In this document: piece after piece, positions 1 through 11,507 of the stretch | Layout of the letters: the number at the start of each line of letters is the position of its first letter | Numbering within the stretch: the first letter of the stretch is position 1 | DNA from: an uncultured Chloroflexia bacterium | GTDB taxonomy: Bacteria; Chloroflexota; Anaerolineae; Anaerolineales; UBA4823 | Direction: 5' to 3' | DNA length: 64,000 nt | Assembly: GCA_963706515.1 (NCBI GenBank) | Contig: CAVPMW010000011.1 | Span: forward strand, 65,675-129,674 | Position numbers and translations under genes: made by a program | The notes under the pieces: generated by a model | Database searches by the model: none | Seen by the model: only the letters and a program-made list of their open reading frames with translations | What the model was told of the DNA's origin: nothing

Positions 1-310
1 CTGGAATTCTTTTGCGTAATTCACTGACGCCTTCCGGCGGGAGCTGGCGGATATCGCCGCACAGATGGAGCAGGTCTGGCCTGGTTTCCCTCACGATTTC
101 CACCAGCGCTTCAATGTCTGTCTCGATAGAGAGAGCCATCTTTGGATAATTGGAGGGTGTGGCTGCAAAGATCTCGCGGGTTTTTTCGAAGCTCATTTCA
201 CTTGGCATGATCCCTTTCTTGCCCACCTCCAGCCCCCAGCGGTCTAACCCCGCGTCGATGCACATCTGCATTTCCTGGATGGATTTGATTGCAAAAACTT
301 GAACTTTCAC
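1..310 (-). CDS. phosphoribosylanthranilate isomerase-like (TrpF-fold) protein; N-terminal part only, gene runs off the left edge
   Basis: Not in the ORF track (GTG start, truncated by the window edge). GTG at 310-308 has AGGAG 8 nt upstream. Translation VKVQVFAIKSIQEMQMCIDAGLDRWGLEVGKKG...ETRPDLLHLCGDIRQLPPEG resembles TrpF-type TIM-barrel N-termini, with LHLCG in place of QLHG. Confidence 0.45.
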   Translation of the reverse strand, partial: MKVQVFAIKSIQEMQMCIDAGLDRWGLEVGKKGIMPSEMSFEKTREIFAATPSNYPKMALSIETDIEALVEIVRETRPDLLHLCGDIRQLPPEGVSELRKRIP

Positions 311-557
311 TCGAAAACTCCTGCATTATGAAGGTTGTCTGTCCTCACCTAAAATATCCGATCCGGTTTCAAGGAAAGAATGACCTGACCTGGATTATTA
401 TCGGCGTGGAGCTGCTTTTATCAATATGCATAATCTCACAATATATTGGATTGTCAAGGACCTCCCTAGCTCCTGAAGCTTCATTCTCCCAAAAGAAACG
501 GGGCAGCCTGTGCTTGGGCTGCCCCGATGCTACTGGAAAAATTCTTCTTCAACTTGA

Positions 558-713
558 TTATATCCAGCCAAGTATCAACGCCAAGATCAATATTATTAGC
601 ACAAAGCCCAGCAAGCCGCTTCCCGAGTAGCCCCAGCTCCGGCTGTACGGCCAGATGGGCAGTGCACCCAGTAAAAGCAGCACCAGGATAACAAGCAATA
701 TTGTGCCTAACAT
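558..713 (-). CDS. DUF3309-family small membrane protein (51 aa)
   Basis: Below the ORF-track size cutoff. ATG at 713-711 is preceded by GAAGGAGAG. The product MLGTILLVILVLLLLGALPIWPYSRSWGYSGSGLLGFVLIILILALILGWI shows the classic DUF3309 pattern (PxWPYSRxWGY between two hydrophobic helices). Confidence 0.8.
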   Translation of the reverse strand: MLGTILLVILVLLLLGALPIWPYSRSWGYSGSGLLGFVLIILILALILGWI

Positions 714-1007
714 ACTTCACTCTCCTTCAACAATGTAAGATCCGATAAACAGTCCAGGGCATTCCTGCCACCCGTGAGACGAAACTCGCAATTCTACGAA
801 ATACATCGTTCATAATCCTGCTCACACGTAACTATAGCAGGTATGAAATTGACAGGCAATTAGGGATGCTCCCGTTAGCACCCTACGGGATTCACGAAAT
901 ACAGCTAGGGATTTCCCCCAGATAAGTGGTTATCTCCCCCTCAGCGGACCAAACGCGGCAGATATATACCCTTCTGCTCAAATTCAAGCGCCCCCATATC
1001 ACACGCA

Positions 1008-1986
1008 TTACCTTGTGGTCGAAGGATACCGCGCTGCTCGCCTGTATAGCGGAAAGCAGCGCGGCTCCCCTCTTGTCGTGCTAGCCCCACCTTCCACCCT
1101 GGGAGGCATGGGCATCGGCTCGGCGTTCTCCCAACCATTCTTGCGCAAGAACTGCTCAAAGGTGAGCAAGCCGGGGTAGATCCGGCGCAGGGCAGGGATG
1201 TCGGCGTCGTAGCCCTGTCCGTTGAAGAACTGGAACATGGCGATTTGCTCCGGCTGGGGAGCTGCGCCTTCCGGCATCCTGGGAGCCTGCAAGCTTGACC
1301 GGGCGACCGATGACTTTTGCCAGCGTGTCGGCAATCTGCGGCTCGGTCAGCTCGTCGCCGGCCAGCTCGATGGTCCTGCCCAGATAGGCTTGCGGGTCGT
1401 CGAATGCCAGCGCCACGAATGCGCCGATATCGTCCGCCGCAATGAGCTGGATGCCTTTCTCCGGGCGCAGCCCAAAACCGGTGAACATGCCGTTGGTGAT
1501 CGCCGCGCGCTGCCAGTTGTAGTTGTCCATGAACGCCACCGGGCGAAGAATGGTGTAGGGCAGACCGAGCGATTGGACGTACTGCTCGATCTCCCACTTG
1601 CTGGCGAAGTGCGCCTGGCCCATCCCGCGGTGCGCTGCGCCGACCGAGGAGTAGACGAAGTGCCTCACCCCGGCAGCTTTGGCAGCCTCGGCTACGTTCT
1701 TGCCCTGGCGCACTTCTCCCTCTGCGCCGACCTCGGGCAGCCAGAAGTTCTGCACGCTGAAGACGCCGTACGCGCCCCGGAAGGCCGCCTGCAGCTCGTC
1801 TGGGCTGTCCATGTCGCCGGGAACCACTTCGGCTCCTGCTCCCGCCAGGGCTTGGGCGGCGGGCTTGTGCGGATCACGGGTCAGGGCGCGCACCTTCCAG
1901 CCCGCAGCCAATAGATGGCGTGCTACGGATCCGCCTTGCTGTCCCGTTGCGCCTGCAACGGCTATGATTTTTTCACTGTGATTCAT
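1008..1986 (-). pseudogene. NmrA-family NAD(P)-binding protein, one frameshift
   Basis: From the internal ATG at 1986 (MNHSEKIIAVAGATGQQGG Rossmann motif), ORF 1156..2205 reads as NmrA-like down to about 1290. The conserved C-terminus (QAPRMPEGAAPQPEQIAMFQFFNGQGYDADIPALRRIYPGLLTFEQFLRKNGW) continues in ORF 1008..1334 in another frame. Confidence 0.8.
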
Positions 1987-2035
1987 GCTAGTTCTCCTGT
2001 TCGTAAAGCTAATAAGTAGATTGGCTGATATCCGG

Positions 2036-2443
2036 CTAACTGGTGGCGTGGACGGTCCTGTGCGGACCAAACCGACCGCCCTCGAAGGTCGCCGCCTCGA
2101 TGCCCCAGCTCCACGAGACGTCGGGCGTGATCTGCATGTAGGTGCCAGGTCCGAACCGCCCCTCCCTCTCGACGAGCTCCGCCGTGCCGTAGATGCGGAT
2201 CCCACGCGGTTTCCAGGGTTGGATCGACTCCAGGTCGTCTATGACCAGGGCAACCTTGTGATTGCCGGCGCGCAGGTTGCGGTATTTACGCGTATTTCCG
2301 GGGTTGCGCCCCCCGATGAAAAAATACTGCCCATCGAATTCGAAGCCAACCGGGGCGACATCCGGTTGGCCATCCGCAGCCACCGTGGCGAGACGCGCCA
2401 GGGGTTGAGTTCTCATGTAAGCAATTTCGTTCTCAGTAAACAT
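2036..2443 (-). CDS. PPOX-class (pyridoxamine 5'-phosphate oxidase-like) probable F420-dependent enzyme
   Basis: ORF 2036..2443. MFTENEIAYMRTQPLARLATVAADGQPDVAPVGFEFDGQYFFIGG... is the typical split-barrel PPOX/F420 class N-terminus. Confidence 0.75.
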   Translation of the reverse strand: MFTENEIAYMRTQPLARLATVAADGQPDVAPVGFEFDGQYFFIGGRNPGNTRKYRNLRAGNHKVALVIDDLESIQPWKPRGIRIYGTAELVEREGRFGPGTYMQITPDVSWSWGIEAATFEGGRFGPHRTVHATS

Positions 2444-2497
2444 TGGGTGCCTCCTTCGCTTAATAATTAGCCAGCTATGTGATTGGCCAAAAAATAA

Positions 2498-2941
2498 CTA
2501 TCTCCCCCCTCCCAGGTTTTCATTCACCTGGAGCAGGATGCGCCGCAACAGCAGGCGCTCTTCCAGGGTCAGCTTGGCGAAGCTGATCTCTTCCAGCTCC
2601 TGCCAGACCTGTTCGATAGGCCGCAGGAGCTCCTGACCTTTCTCGGTCAGGTAGACCCGCGAAACACGTTGGTCATCGGTATCCGCCCGGCGCTGCACGA
2701 ATCCGGATTTCACCAGTCGATCCAGCATGCGCGTGACCGTGGCGGGCTGCACGCACAGGTTTTCAGCCACCTCGGAATGGGTAAGCCCATCTTGTGGGAA
2801 CAGGTTGAGCAGCAGAAACTCCTGACCGGGATACAATTCGAGCCTGGAGAGCAGCTCCTGCGCTTTATTGCGGTGCGCCCTGCAAATTTGGACGAGCAGG
2901 GCACCGATGGAATCGGGGACTGGTTTTTGAGTCATAATCAC
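2498..2941 (-). CDS. MarR-family transcriptional regulator
   Basis: ORF 2498..2941. The winged-helix segment LTHSEVAENLCVQPATVTRMLDRLVKSGFVQRRADTDDQRVSRVYLTEKG is typical of MarR. Confidence 0.85.
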   Translation of the reverse strand: MIMTQKPVPDSIGALLVQICRAHRNKAQELLSRLELYPGQEFLLLNLFPQDGLTHSEVAENLCVQPATVTRMLDRLVKSGFVQRRADTDDQRVSRVYLTEKGQELLRPIEQVWQELEEISFAKLTLEERLLLRRILLQVNENLGGGR

Positions 2942-3015
2942 TAATCCATCCCGGCTGGTTGGCAGCCGGATATTTAGGCAGCTAAGTAAATTTTATGGAA
3001 TTAATCGGGGCAGTC

Positions 3016-3067
3016 AACCTGCCTGTTCGGCTAGCCTGCCTGTTCGGCGAGCCTGCCTGTTTCGGCG
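3016..3067. repeat. three tandem 17/18-bp repeats (AGCCTGCCTGTTCGGCG-like) in the MarR / isomerase-like divergent intergenic region
   Basis: Units at 3016-3032 aacctgcctgttcggct, 3033-3049 agcctgcctgttcggcg and 3050-3067 agcctgcctgtttcggcg, read directly. Confidence 0.9.
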
Positions 3068-3250
3068 AGGGTTCCGCTAAACCCGCTATGTTTTTATTTC
3101 CGCAACCGATGAGCGAGAATGTTGCAGTTCCACAAAGTTTGATCCCGTAATAAAATGGCAATGGGTCCGGATGCCGGACTTTTGTCCGCAAACACGGGAC
3201 GCAAGGCAGCCGTAAGCGAAATCCATTAACCCAAAAATTGGAGGTATCGG

Positions 3251-4582
3251 ATGAAAGCAGCTCTCACCCCGGTTTATTTTAAAACATCCCAGGACCCGGA
3301 TTTCACCAAACAATTGGGCAGCTTGCGCAGCCTGTTTGCTCAGGAGGCTGAGTTCCTCGAGCCCGTTCCCCTGGGAGCCCCCATCCCCCGCCAGGCAGAC
3401 GCTGTGGTTTTTCCCCAGATGCTGGGGGATGCTTACAACCGTCTGGCTGAGTTTAAAGGATATACACTTCCGATATTGGTGATAACTTCGGAGTTTGGCA
3501 CGGTATCGATGTGGGACTGGGAGATCAACAGCTATCTGGCTGCCGCTGGAGTAAGCGTACTTGCCCCGAGCAGTCTCGAGCAGGCGCGTAAATTCGTCAA
3601 CGCCTGCGCCCTCAAGCGCGAGCTCAGGTCGACCAGGCTGCTGGTTTACCAGGACAACCCCGGCGAAGGCTTCCAGGCGGAGATCTTCAAACGTTTCTAC
3701 TGGTGGGAGCAGGAGTGCATCGACCGCCTGGAGAGCAGGTTCGGCGTCAGCGTCGTCAAAAAGAGCTTTAAGCAATTAGGCGAGCTTGCCGGAGGGATAT
3801 CCGATGAAGAGGCTCGCGCAGTTTGGGCGGAATGGAAAGATAAGATCCCTACCCGGGATCTCTCCGAGCGCTCCATCCTGAGCGCCCTCAAAATCTACCT
3901 GGCGGTGAAGCGCGACCTCGATCAGGATCCTTCCATTGCTGCCGCGGGGATCAACTGTCTGAACGAGTCGCACTTCTCGGATACGACCCCCTGCCTGGCC
4001 TGGAACCTGCTGTTCGAGGATAAGCGCATTGCCTGGGGGTGCGAAGCGGACCTGGTCTCCATGATGACCGAGGTCCTGGTCCAAAAGAGCCTGGGTGTTC
4101 CCTTTATGATGACCAACCTGTATCCCTTCCTGATGGGTAAGGCGGCTCTCAAGCACGAGCACATCCCTTACTTCCCGCCGGTTGAAACCCAGCCCGAAAA
4201 CCATATCCTGATGGCACACTGCGGCTATTTGGGTGTGCTGCCCCAGTCATTTGCCACAGAGTGGAAACTGCAGAAAAAGGTGTTGGCTATCGTCGATGAG
4301 AATGCCCATGCCATTGATGCGCGCCTGGCTGAAGGTGAGATCACCCTGATTAAATTAATGCCCCCCTTCGATTCGATCTCGGTGGTCGAAGGTACGCTCG
4401 AGTTCTACGCTCAGTATGAAAATTCTGACTGCCTCAACGGGGCTGTAGTGCGTGTTCCGAATGGCCCGCGCATGATCAAGGAGCTGGCCTCGCACCACTA
4501 CATTCTGACCTCCGGCAGAAACTTGCCTGACCTGGAAGGTGTAGCCCAGGTTTTTGGTTTGCGCAGCCAGGTCCTGGGATAA
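3251..4582 (+). CDS. sugar isomerase-like protein (L-fucose/L-arabinose isomerase family-like), 443 aa
   Basis: Intact ORF with a GGAGG RBS. The layout (CLNESHFSDTTPCLAWN, WGCEADL, C-terminal HHYILTSG) recalls FucI/AraA-family proteins. The family call is from memory only. Confidence 0.55.
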   Translation: MKAALTPVYFKTSQDPDFTKQLGSLRSLFAQEAEFLEPVPLGAPIPRQADAVVFPQMLGDAYNRLAEFKGYTLPILVITSEFGTVSMWDWEINSYLAAAGVSVLAPSSLEQARKFVNACALKRELRSTRLLVYQDNPGEGFQAEIFKRFYWWEQECIDRLESRFGVSVVKKSFKQLGELAGGISDEEARAVWAEWKDKIPTRDLSERSILSALKIYLAVKRDLDQDPSIAAAGINCLNESHFSDTTPCLAWNLLFEDKRIAWGCEADLVSMMTEVLVQKSLGVPFMMTNLYPFLMGKAALKHEHIPYFPPVETQPENHILMAHCGYLGVLPQSFATEWKLQKKVLAIVDENAHAIDARLAEGEITLIKLMPPFDSISVVEGTLEFYAQYENSDCLNGAVVRVPNGPRMIKELASHHYILTSGRNLPDLEGVAQVFGLRSQVLG

Positions 4583-4713
4583 TATCTCCGGTGAGCGAGC
4601 TTCAGCCGGTCAAATATAATCTACCAAAGAGGAACGATATTGCCTGAGTTGGGATCGCTGCTGTGGGCTTGCTCGTCATAATTCAGTTTTACGTCCGGTA
4701 AGAAACGCCCGCG

Positions 4714-5499
4714 TTAGGAGACCCGCCCAACCCTGAGATGAAGCGGCCAACGGATGCTCCGCCGCTGGCTCGGCTCACCCCAGGCTTCCACCAGCTCCGC
4801 CCAGATGACGCTTAACGGATGCCGGCCGTTCGCCTGCTGGTATCTCCGCGTGGCCGACCAGCTGACCAGAAACCCCGAGAGGTGGTCTAAGTCCCAATCC
4901 GACCGCATGGCAAACTTTGGCGGCTGCAATGGGTCAAAAGGGAAAGGCAGCGTCTGGTAGCGCGCGTCCACATAGCCCATCTGCTCTGGCCAGTAGCCGG
5001 CTAACACGCCGCGGTAGTAATGCTCCAGAACCCGGTCGATGCCGGGTTCGATCACGGGCAAATGGTACGTCCAAACTGCGAGGACCCCATTGGCAGCTGC
5101 GACACGCCGGACAGCCCGATAGAACTGCTCCAGATCGAACCAATGCACAGCTATCGCTACGGTCACCAGGTCGACGCTGTGGTCCTCCAGGCTGACCTCT
5201 TCGGCACGCTCGATGCGGTACTCGATCCGCTCATGGGCAGCGGCCTGGGCCACCTGGTCGGCGCTGGCATCGCTGGCAACCACACAGTCGAAGTGCCTCA
5301 CCAGCCCCCGGGCAGCCTGCCCATTACCCGTCCCACAGTCCCATGCCAATTGACGTCCCGGCGAAACTGACGCCAGGTAAGCGAACAGCTCGCCCGGATA
5401 GTGGGGACGATAGCGTGCGTACTCACTGGCTTGTGCGGAAAAGTGATCTTGAAAGCTCGTCATATATGGAGTTGTGTTGGTACAGGTGGTTTGGTTCAC
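4714..5499 (-). CDS. class I SAM-dependent methyltransferase
   Basis: ORF 4714..5499. Motif I is LAWDCGTGNGQAARGL, followed by VVASDAS and DLVTVAIAVHWF (Methyltransf_11-like). Confidence 0.85.
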   Translation of the reverse strand: MNQTTCTNTTPYMTSFQDHFSAQASEYARYRPHYPGELFAYLASVSPGRQLAWDCGTGNGQAARGLVRHFDCVVASDASADQVAQAAAHERIEYRIERAEEVSLEDHSVDLVTVAIAVHWFDLEQFYRAVRRVAAANGVLAVWTYHLPVIEPGIDRVLEHYYRGVLAGYWPEQMGYVDARYQTLPFPFDPLQPPKFAMRSDWDLDHLSGFLVSWSATRRYQQANGRHPLSVIWAELVEAWGEPSQRRSIRWPLHLRVGRVS

Positions 5500-5629
5500 T
5501 GGCTGTACGGCGAGCTAAATCTACAATATATAGTCTAAATTATCTTGATTGTCTTACCGGCGGCATTATATCACAGGGCAGTCGCTGCGAGGCAATATCT
5601 TAGGGGCAGTCTTCGGGGAGCGGTTGCAT

Positions 5630-5677
5630 GGCAGCAAGGTTGCTGGCAGCAGGACTGCTGGCAGCAAGGTTGCTGCC
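5630..5677. repeat. three abutting 15-bp units, each an inverted repeat (GGCAGCAA-GG-TTGCTGCC type)
   Basis: Units at 5630-5644 ggcagcaaggttgct, 5645-5659 ggcagcaggactgct and 5660-5674 ggcagcaaggttgct, then gcc. The last unit is a perfect 8-2-8 palindrome. They lie between divergent genes. Confidence 0.85.
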
Positions 5678-5750
5678 TGTTCCCTTCCTCTCCAACAAAT
5701 ACATGTGATAAGAATCCAGTGCCAAATAATCCCATAAAAAAGATGATTAT

Positions 5751-5758
5751 TGTATAAT
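5751..5758 (+). promoter_or_regulatory. extended -10 promoter element (TGTATAAT) upstream of the CMD-family gene
   Basis: tgtataat at 5751-5758, about 60 nt upstream of the ATG at 5820. No clear -35 element. Confidence 0.35.
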
Positions 5759-5819
5759 TGCGATGCTACTCCATGCCTTCACCCACAACCGCATTCTGGG
5801 GCGAATAGAAAGGGATGCT

Positions 5820-6391
5820 ATGCGGTATCAGCCTGTCAGTGCTTTACCAATGATCGAAGAAGAGGATGCAACGGGGGAGGTCGCCACGATGTACGCCGCT
5901 ATCCGGCGTGAGATGGGACTGCCTTATGTCCCCAACGCGAGCCAAAGCCCTGGCAGTCTCGCCGGCTGCCCTGGGATTTTTTTGGCTATCTCAACCGCAG
6001 CTACGCCCGCACCACCCTGCCGCAGTCTCTGATCTCGATGATCCTCTACACCATCGCCAAGACCGGCGACTGCAAGTACTGCAGCGCGACCAACGAGCTT
6101 GCCTGCCGCACCCTCGGCGTGGATGAAGCCGCCCTCGAGACCCTGGTCCAAGACCTGCCCAGCTTCACACCGCAGCGCGTGCGAGTCATCATCGAGTTTG
6201 CGGTTAAGGTCGCGCACGACAGGCAGAACCTGGTGGCAGAAGACTACGCGAAGGTGCGCGCCCAGGGTATCTCCGATGCGGAGCTCGTGGAGATCATTCT
6301 GATCGCTGCGATTGGTATCTTTAACGATACGATAGCGGATGCCTTAAAGATCGAGGTCGACCACGAAGTAGCAGAAGCGCTGGGCAGGTAA
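5820..6391 (+). pseudogene. carboxymuconolactone decarboxylase (AhpD-like) family protein, two frameshifts
   Basis: The protein runs through three frames: MRYQPVSALPMIEEEDATGEVATMYAAIRREMGLPYVPN, then AKALAVSPAALGFFW, then ...TTLPQSLISMILYTIAKTGDCKYCSATNE (CxxC). The second shift sits in a T7 run at 5977-5983. Confidence 0.8.
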
Positions 6392-6401
6392 CAATCCCGG
6401 T

Positions 6402-9918
<3,517 letters not shown>

Positions 9919-9958
9919 GATGTCATGGGGTTAATGGTTTACTCGTGGAGGGTGATGC

Positions 9959-11377
9959 ATGGCAGATGAAGCAGGTCATGTGCTGGTGGTCGATGACAAC
10001 CGCATGAACCGGCTCAAGCTGTCGATAAGCCTGGAGCAGCAAGGTCACACGGTTTCCCTGGCTGAAGATGGTCAGCAGGCTTTAGAACTGCTGGCAAACG
10101 AGCCATTCGACGTAGTCCTTCTCGACCTGATCATGCCTGGGATGGATGGCTTCCAGGTCCTGGAAAAGATCAAGGGTGACCCAGGCTTGCGCGATATCCC
10201 GGTTATCGTGATCTCCGCCGTGGATGAATTGGACAGCGTCGTGCGTTGCATCGAAATGGGGGCAGAAGATTACCTGCCCAAGTCCTACGACCCAGTTCTC
10301 CTGCGGGCAAGGCTTGGCTCCAGCCTGCAAAAGAAAAAGCTGCGGGATCTCGAAAAGATGTATTTGCAGCAAGAAGTCACGCTGCGCCAGAACGAGAAGC
10401 TGGCGACCCTGGGAAAGCTCAGCGCCGGAATGGCCCATGAGTTGAATAACCCGGCAGCCGCTGCTCAGCGCGGCGCTGGCCGGCTTCAGGTCACTTTTGC
10501 GCAGCTGCAGCAAACCTATCTGCGCTTGTGTAAGTTAAATCTGACTGAAACCCAGTTGAGCATGCTCGCTGATTTGGATCAGCTTGCCCAGACCAGAGCC
10601 CGGAAGCCGGTCTACCTGGATGCGCTCGCGCGCAGCGATTATGAGAGTGAGCTGGAGGCCTGGCTGGATGAACAAGGCTTGGATAGCGCCTGGGAGATTG
10701 CACCGACCCTGGTGAGCCTGGGCTACCAACAGGCTGAGCTTGAGCGGCTGATGGTCGGTCTAAGCCCTGAGCAATTTGTCGCCACAATCGAGTGGCTGAA
10801 CGCCAGCGCCACTATTTACAGCCTCGCCGAAGAAGTCAGCATGGGCGCCGGGCATATCTCGGAGATCGTCAGAGCCCTCAAGACCTATACCTACATGGAC
10901 CAGGCGCCGATCCAGACTGTGGACATTCACGAAAGCCTGGATAATACGCTGATCATCCTGAGGAGCAAGCTCGCCTCCGGCGTCAGCGTGCGCCGCGACT
11001 TTGCTGCAGATTTACCGAAGATTGAAGCTTTTGGCAGCGAGCTCAATCAAGTCTGGACAAATATCATCGATAATGCGATCGACGCCATGCACGGTCAGGG
11101 TGAAATAGTTTTATCCACTCGCTATGCTTACCCCTGGGTCACTATTGAAATCGAGGACAACGGACCGGGGATTCCCGAATCTATCCTGCCGCACGTCTTT
11201 GACCCGTTCTTCACCACCAAACCGCCCGGCAAGGGGACCGGCTTGGGCTTGAATATCTCCCACAATATCATCGTGCAGAAGCACCATGGGAGGGTCAGCG
11301 TAAGCTCGCAGCCGGGGAAAACCCGCTTCGAGGTGCGCCTGCCTCTCCGCCTTACAGCCGAACAAGAGTTGTCGTAA
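9959..11377 (+). CDS. response-regulator receiver fused to histidine kinase (REC-HisKA-HATPase)
   Basis: Intact 472-aa ORF. It has a receiver ([12 protein letters not shown]...[11 protein letters not shown]...YLPK), the H-box [12 protein letters not shown] and the ATPase boxes [15 protein letters not shown] and GTGLGL. Confidence 0.9.
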   Translation: MADEAGHVLVVDDNRMNRLKLSISLEQQGHTVSLAEDGQQALELLANEPFDVVLLDLIMPGMDGFQVLEKIKGDPGLRDIPVIVISAVDELDSVVRCIEMGAEDYLPKSYDPVLLRARLGSSLQKKKLRDLEKMYLQQEVTLRQNEKLATLGKLSAGMAHELNNPAAAAQRGAGRLQVTFAQLQQTYLRLCKLNLTETQLSMLADLDQLAQTRARKPVYLDALARSDYESELEAWLDEQGLDSAWEIAPTLVSLGYQQAELERLMVGLSPEQFVATIEWLNASATIYSLAEEVSMGAGHISEIVRALKTYTYMDQAPIQTVDIHESLDNTLIILRSKLASGVSVRRDFAADLPKIEAFGSELNQVWTNIIDNAIDAMHGQGEIVLSTRYAYPWVTIEIEDNGPGIPESILPHVFDPFFTTKPPGKGTGLGLNISHNIIVQKHHGRVSVSSQPGKTRFEVRLPLRLTAEQELS

Positions 11378-11451
11378 GTATCTATCAGAAAATGGATGGG
11401 AGAATCGATTTTGTGGTGTGTGCGGCTTCGCCGCACACACCACAAAATCGA
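11375..11451 (+). repeat. intergenic repeat element ending in a perfect 21-bp stem / TTCG loop hairpin; probable terminator, REP-like
   Basis: taagtatctatcagaaaatggatg... is followed by cgattttgtggtgtgtgcggc TTCG gccgcacacaccacaaaatcg (11406-11451). It begins exactly at the TAA stop of the upstream gene. A second, decayed copy lies at 19844-19903. Confidence 0.8.
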
Positions 11452-11507
11452 AACCCCTCATCTTTTCGGACAGGTACTAAGTCTGAGATCGAAGGGGATT
11501 CGATAAA

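Noticed and set aside
289-720. Track ORFs 289..630(+) and 481..720(-).
   Set aside because: Neither has a protein-like sequence or an RBS. The same stretch holds a convincing 51-aa DUF3309 gene (558..713-) in a different frame.
941-2205. Long overlapping ORFs on both strands (941..1597-, 1222..1914+, 1679..1981+, and the N-terminal extension of 1156..2205).
   Set aside because: These are shadow ORFs in GC-rich sequence. Arg/Pro/Ala-rich translations overlap a clearly recognisable NmrA-family frame. The same reasoning applies to 46299..47024+, 51128..51754-, 51226..52023+, 51566..52405+, 54290..55030+ and 53452..53949+.
3016-3067. Possible CRISPR array (also considered for 5630-5677).
   Set aside because: The units are directly abutting 15-18-mers with no spacers, and there are only three of them. 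No cas genes are present.
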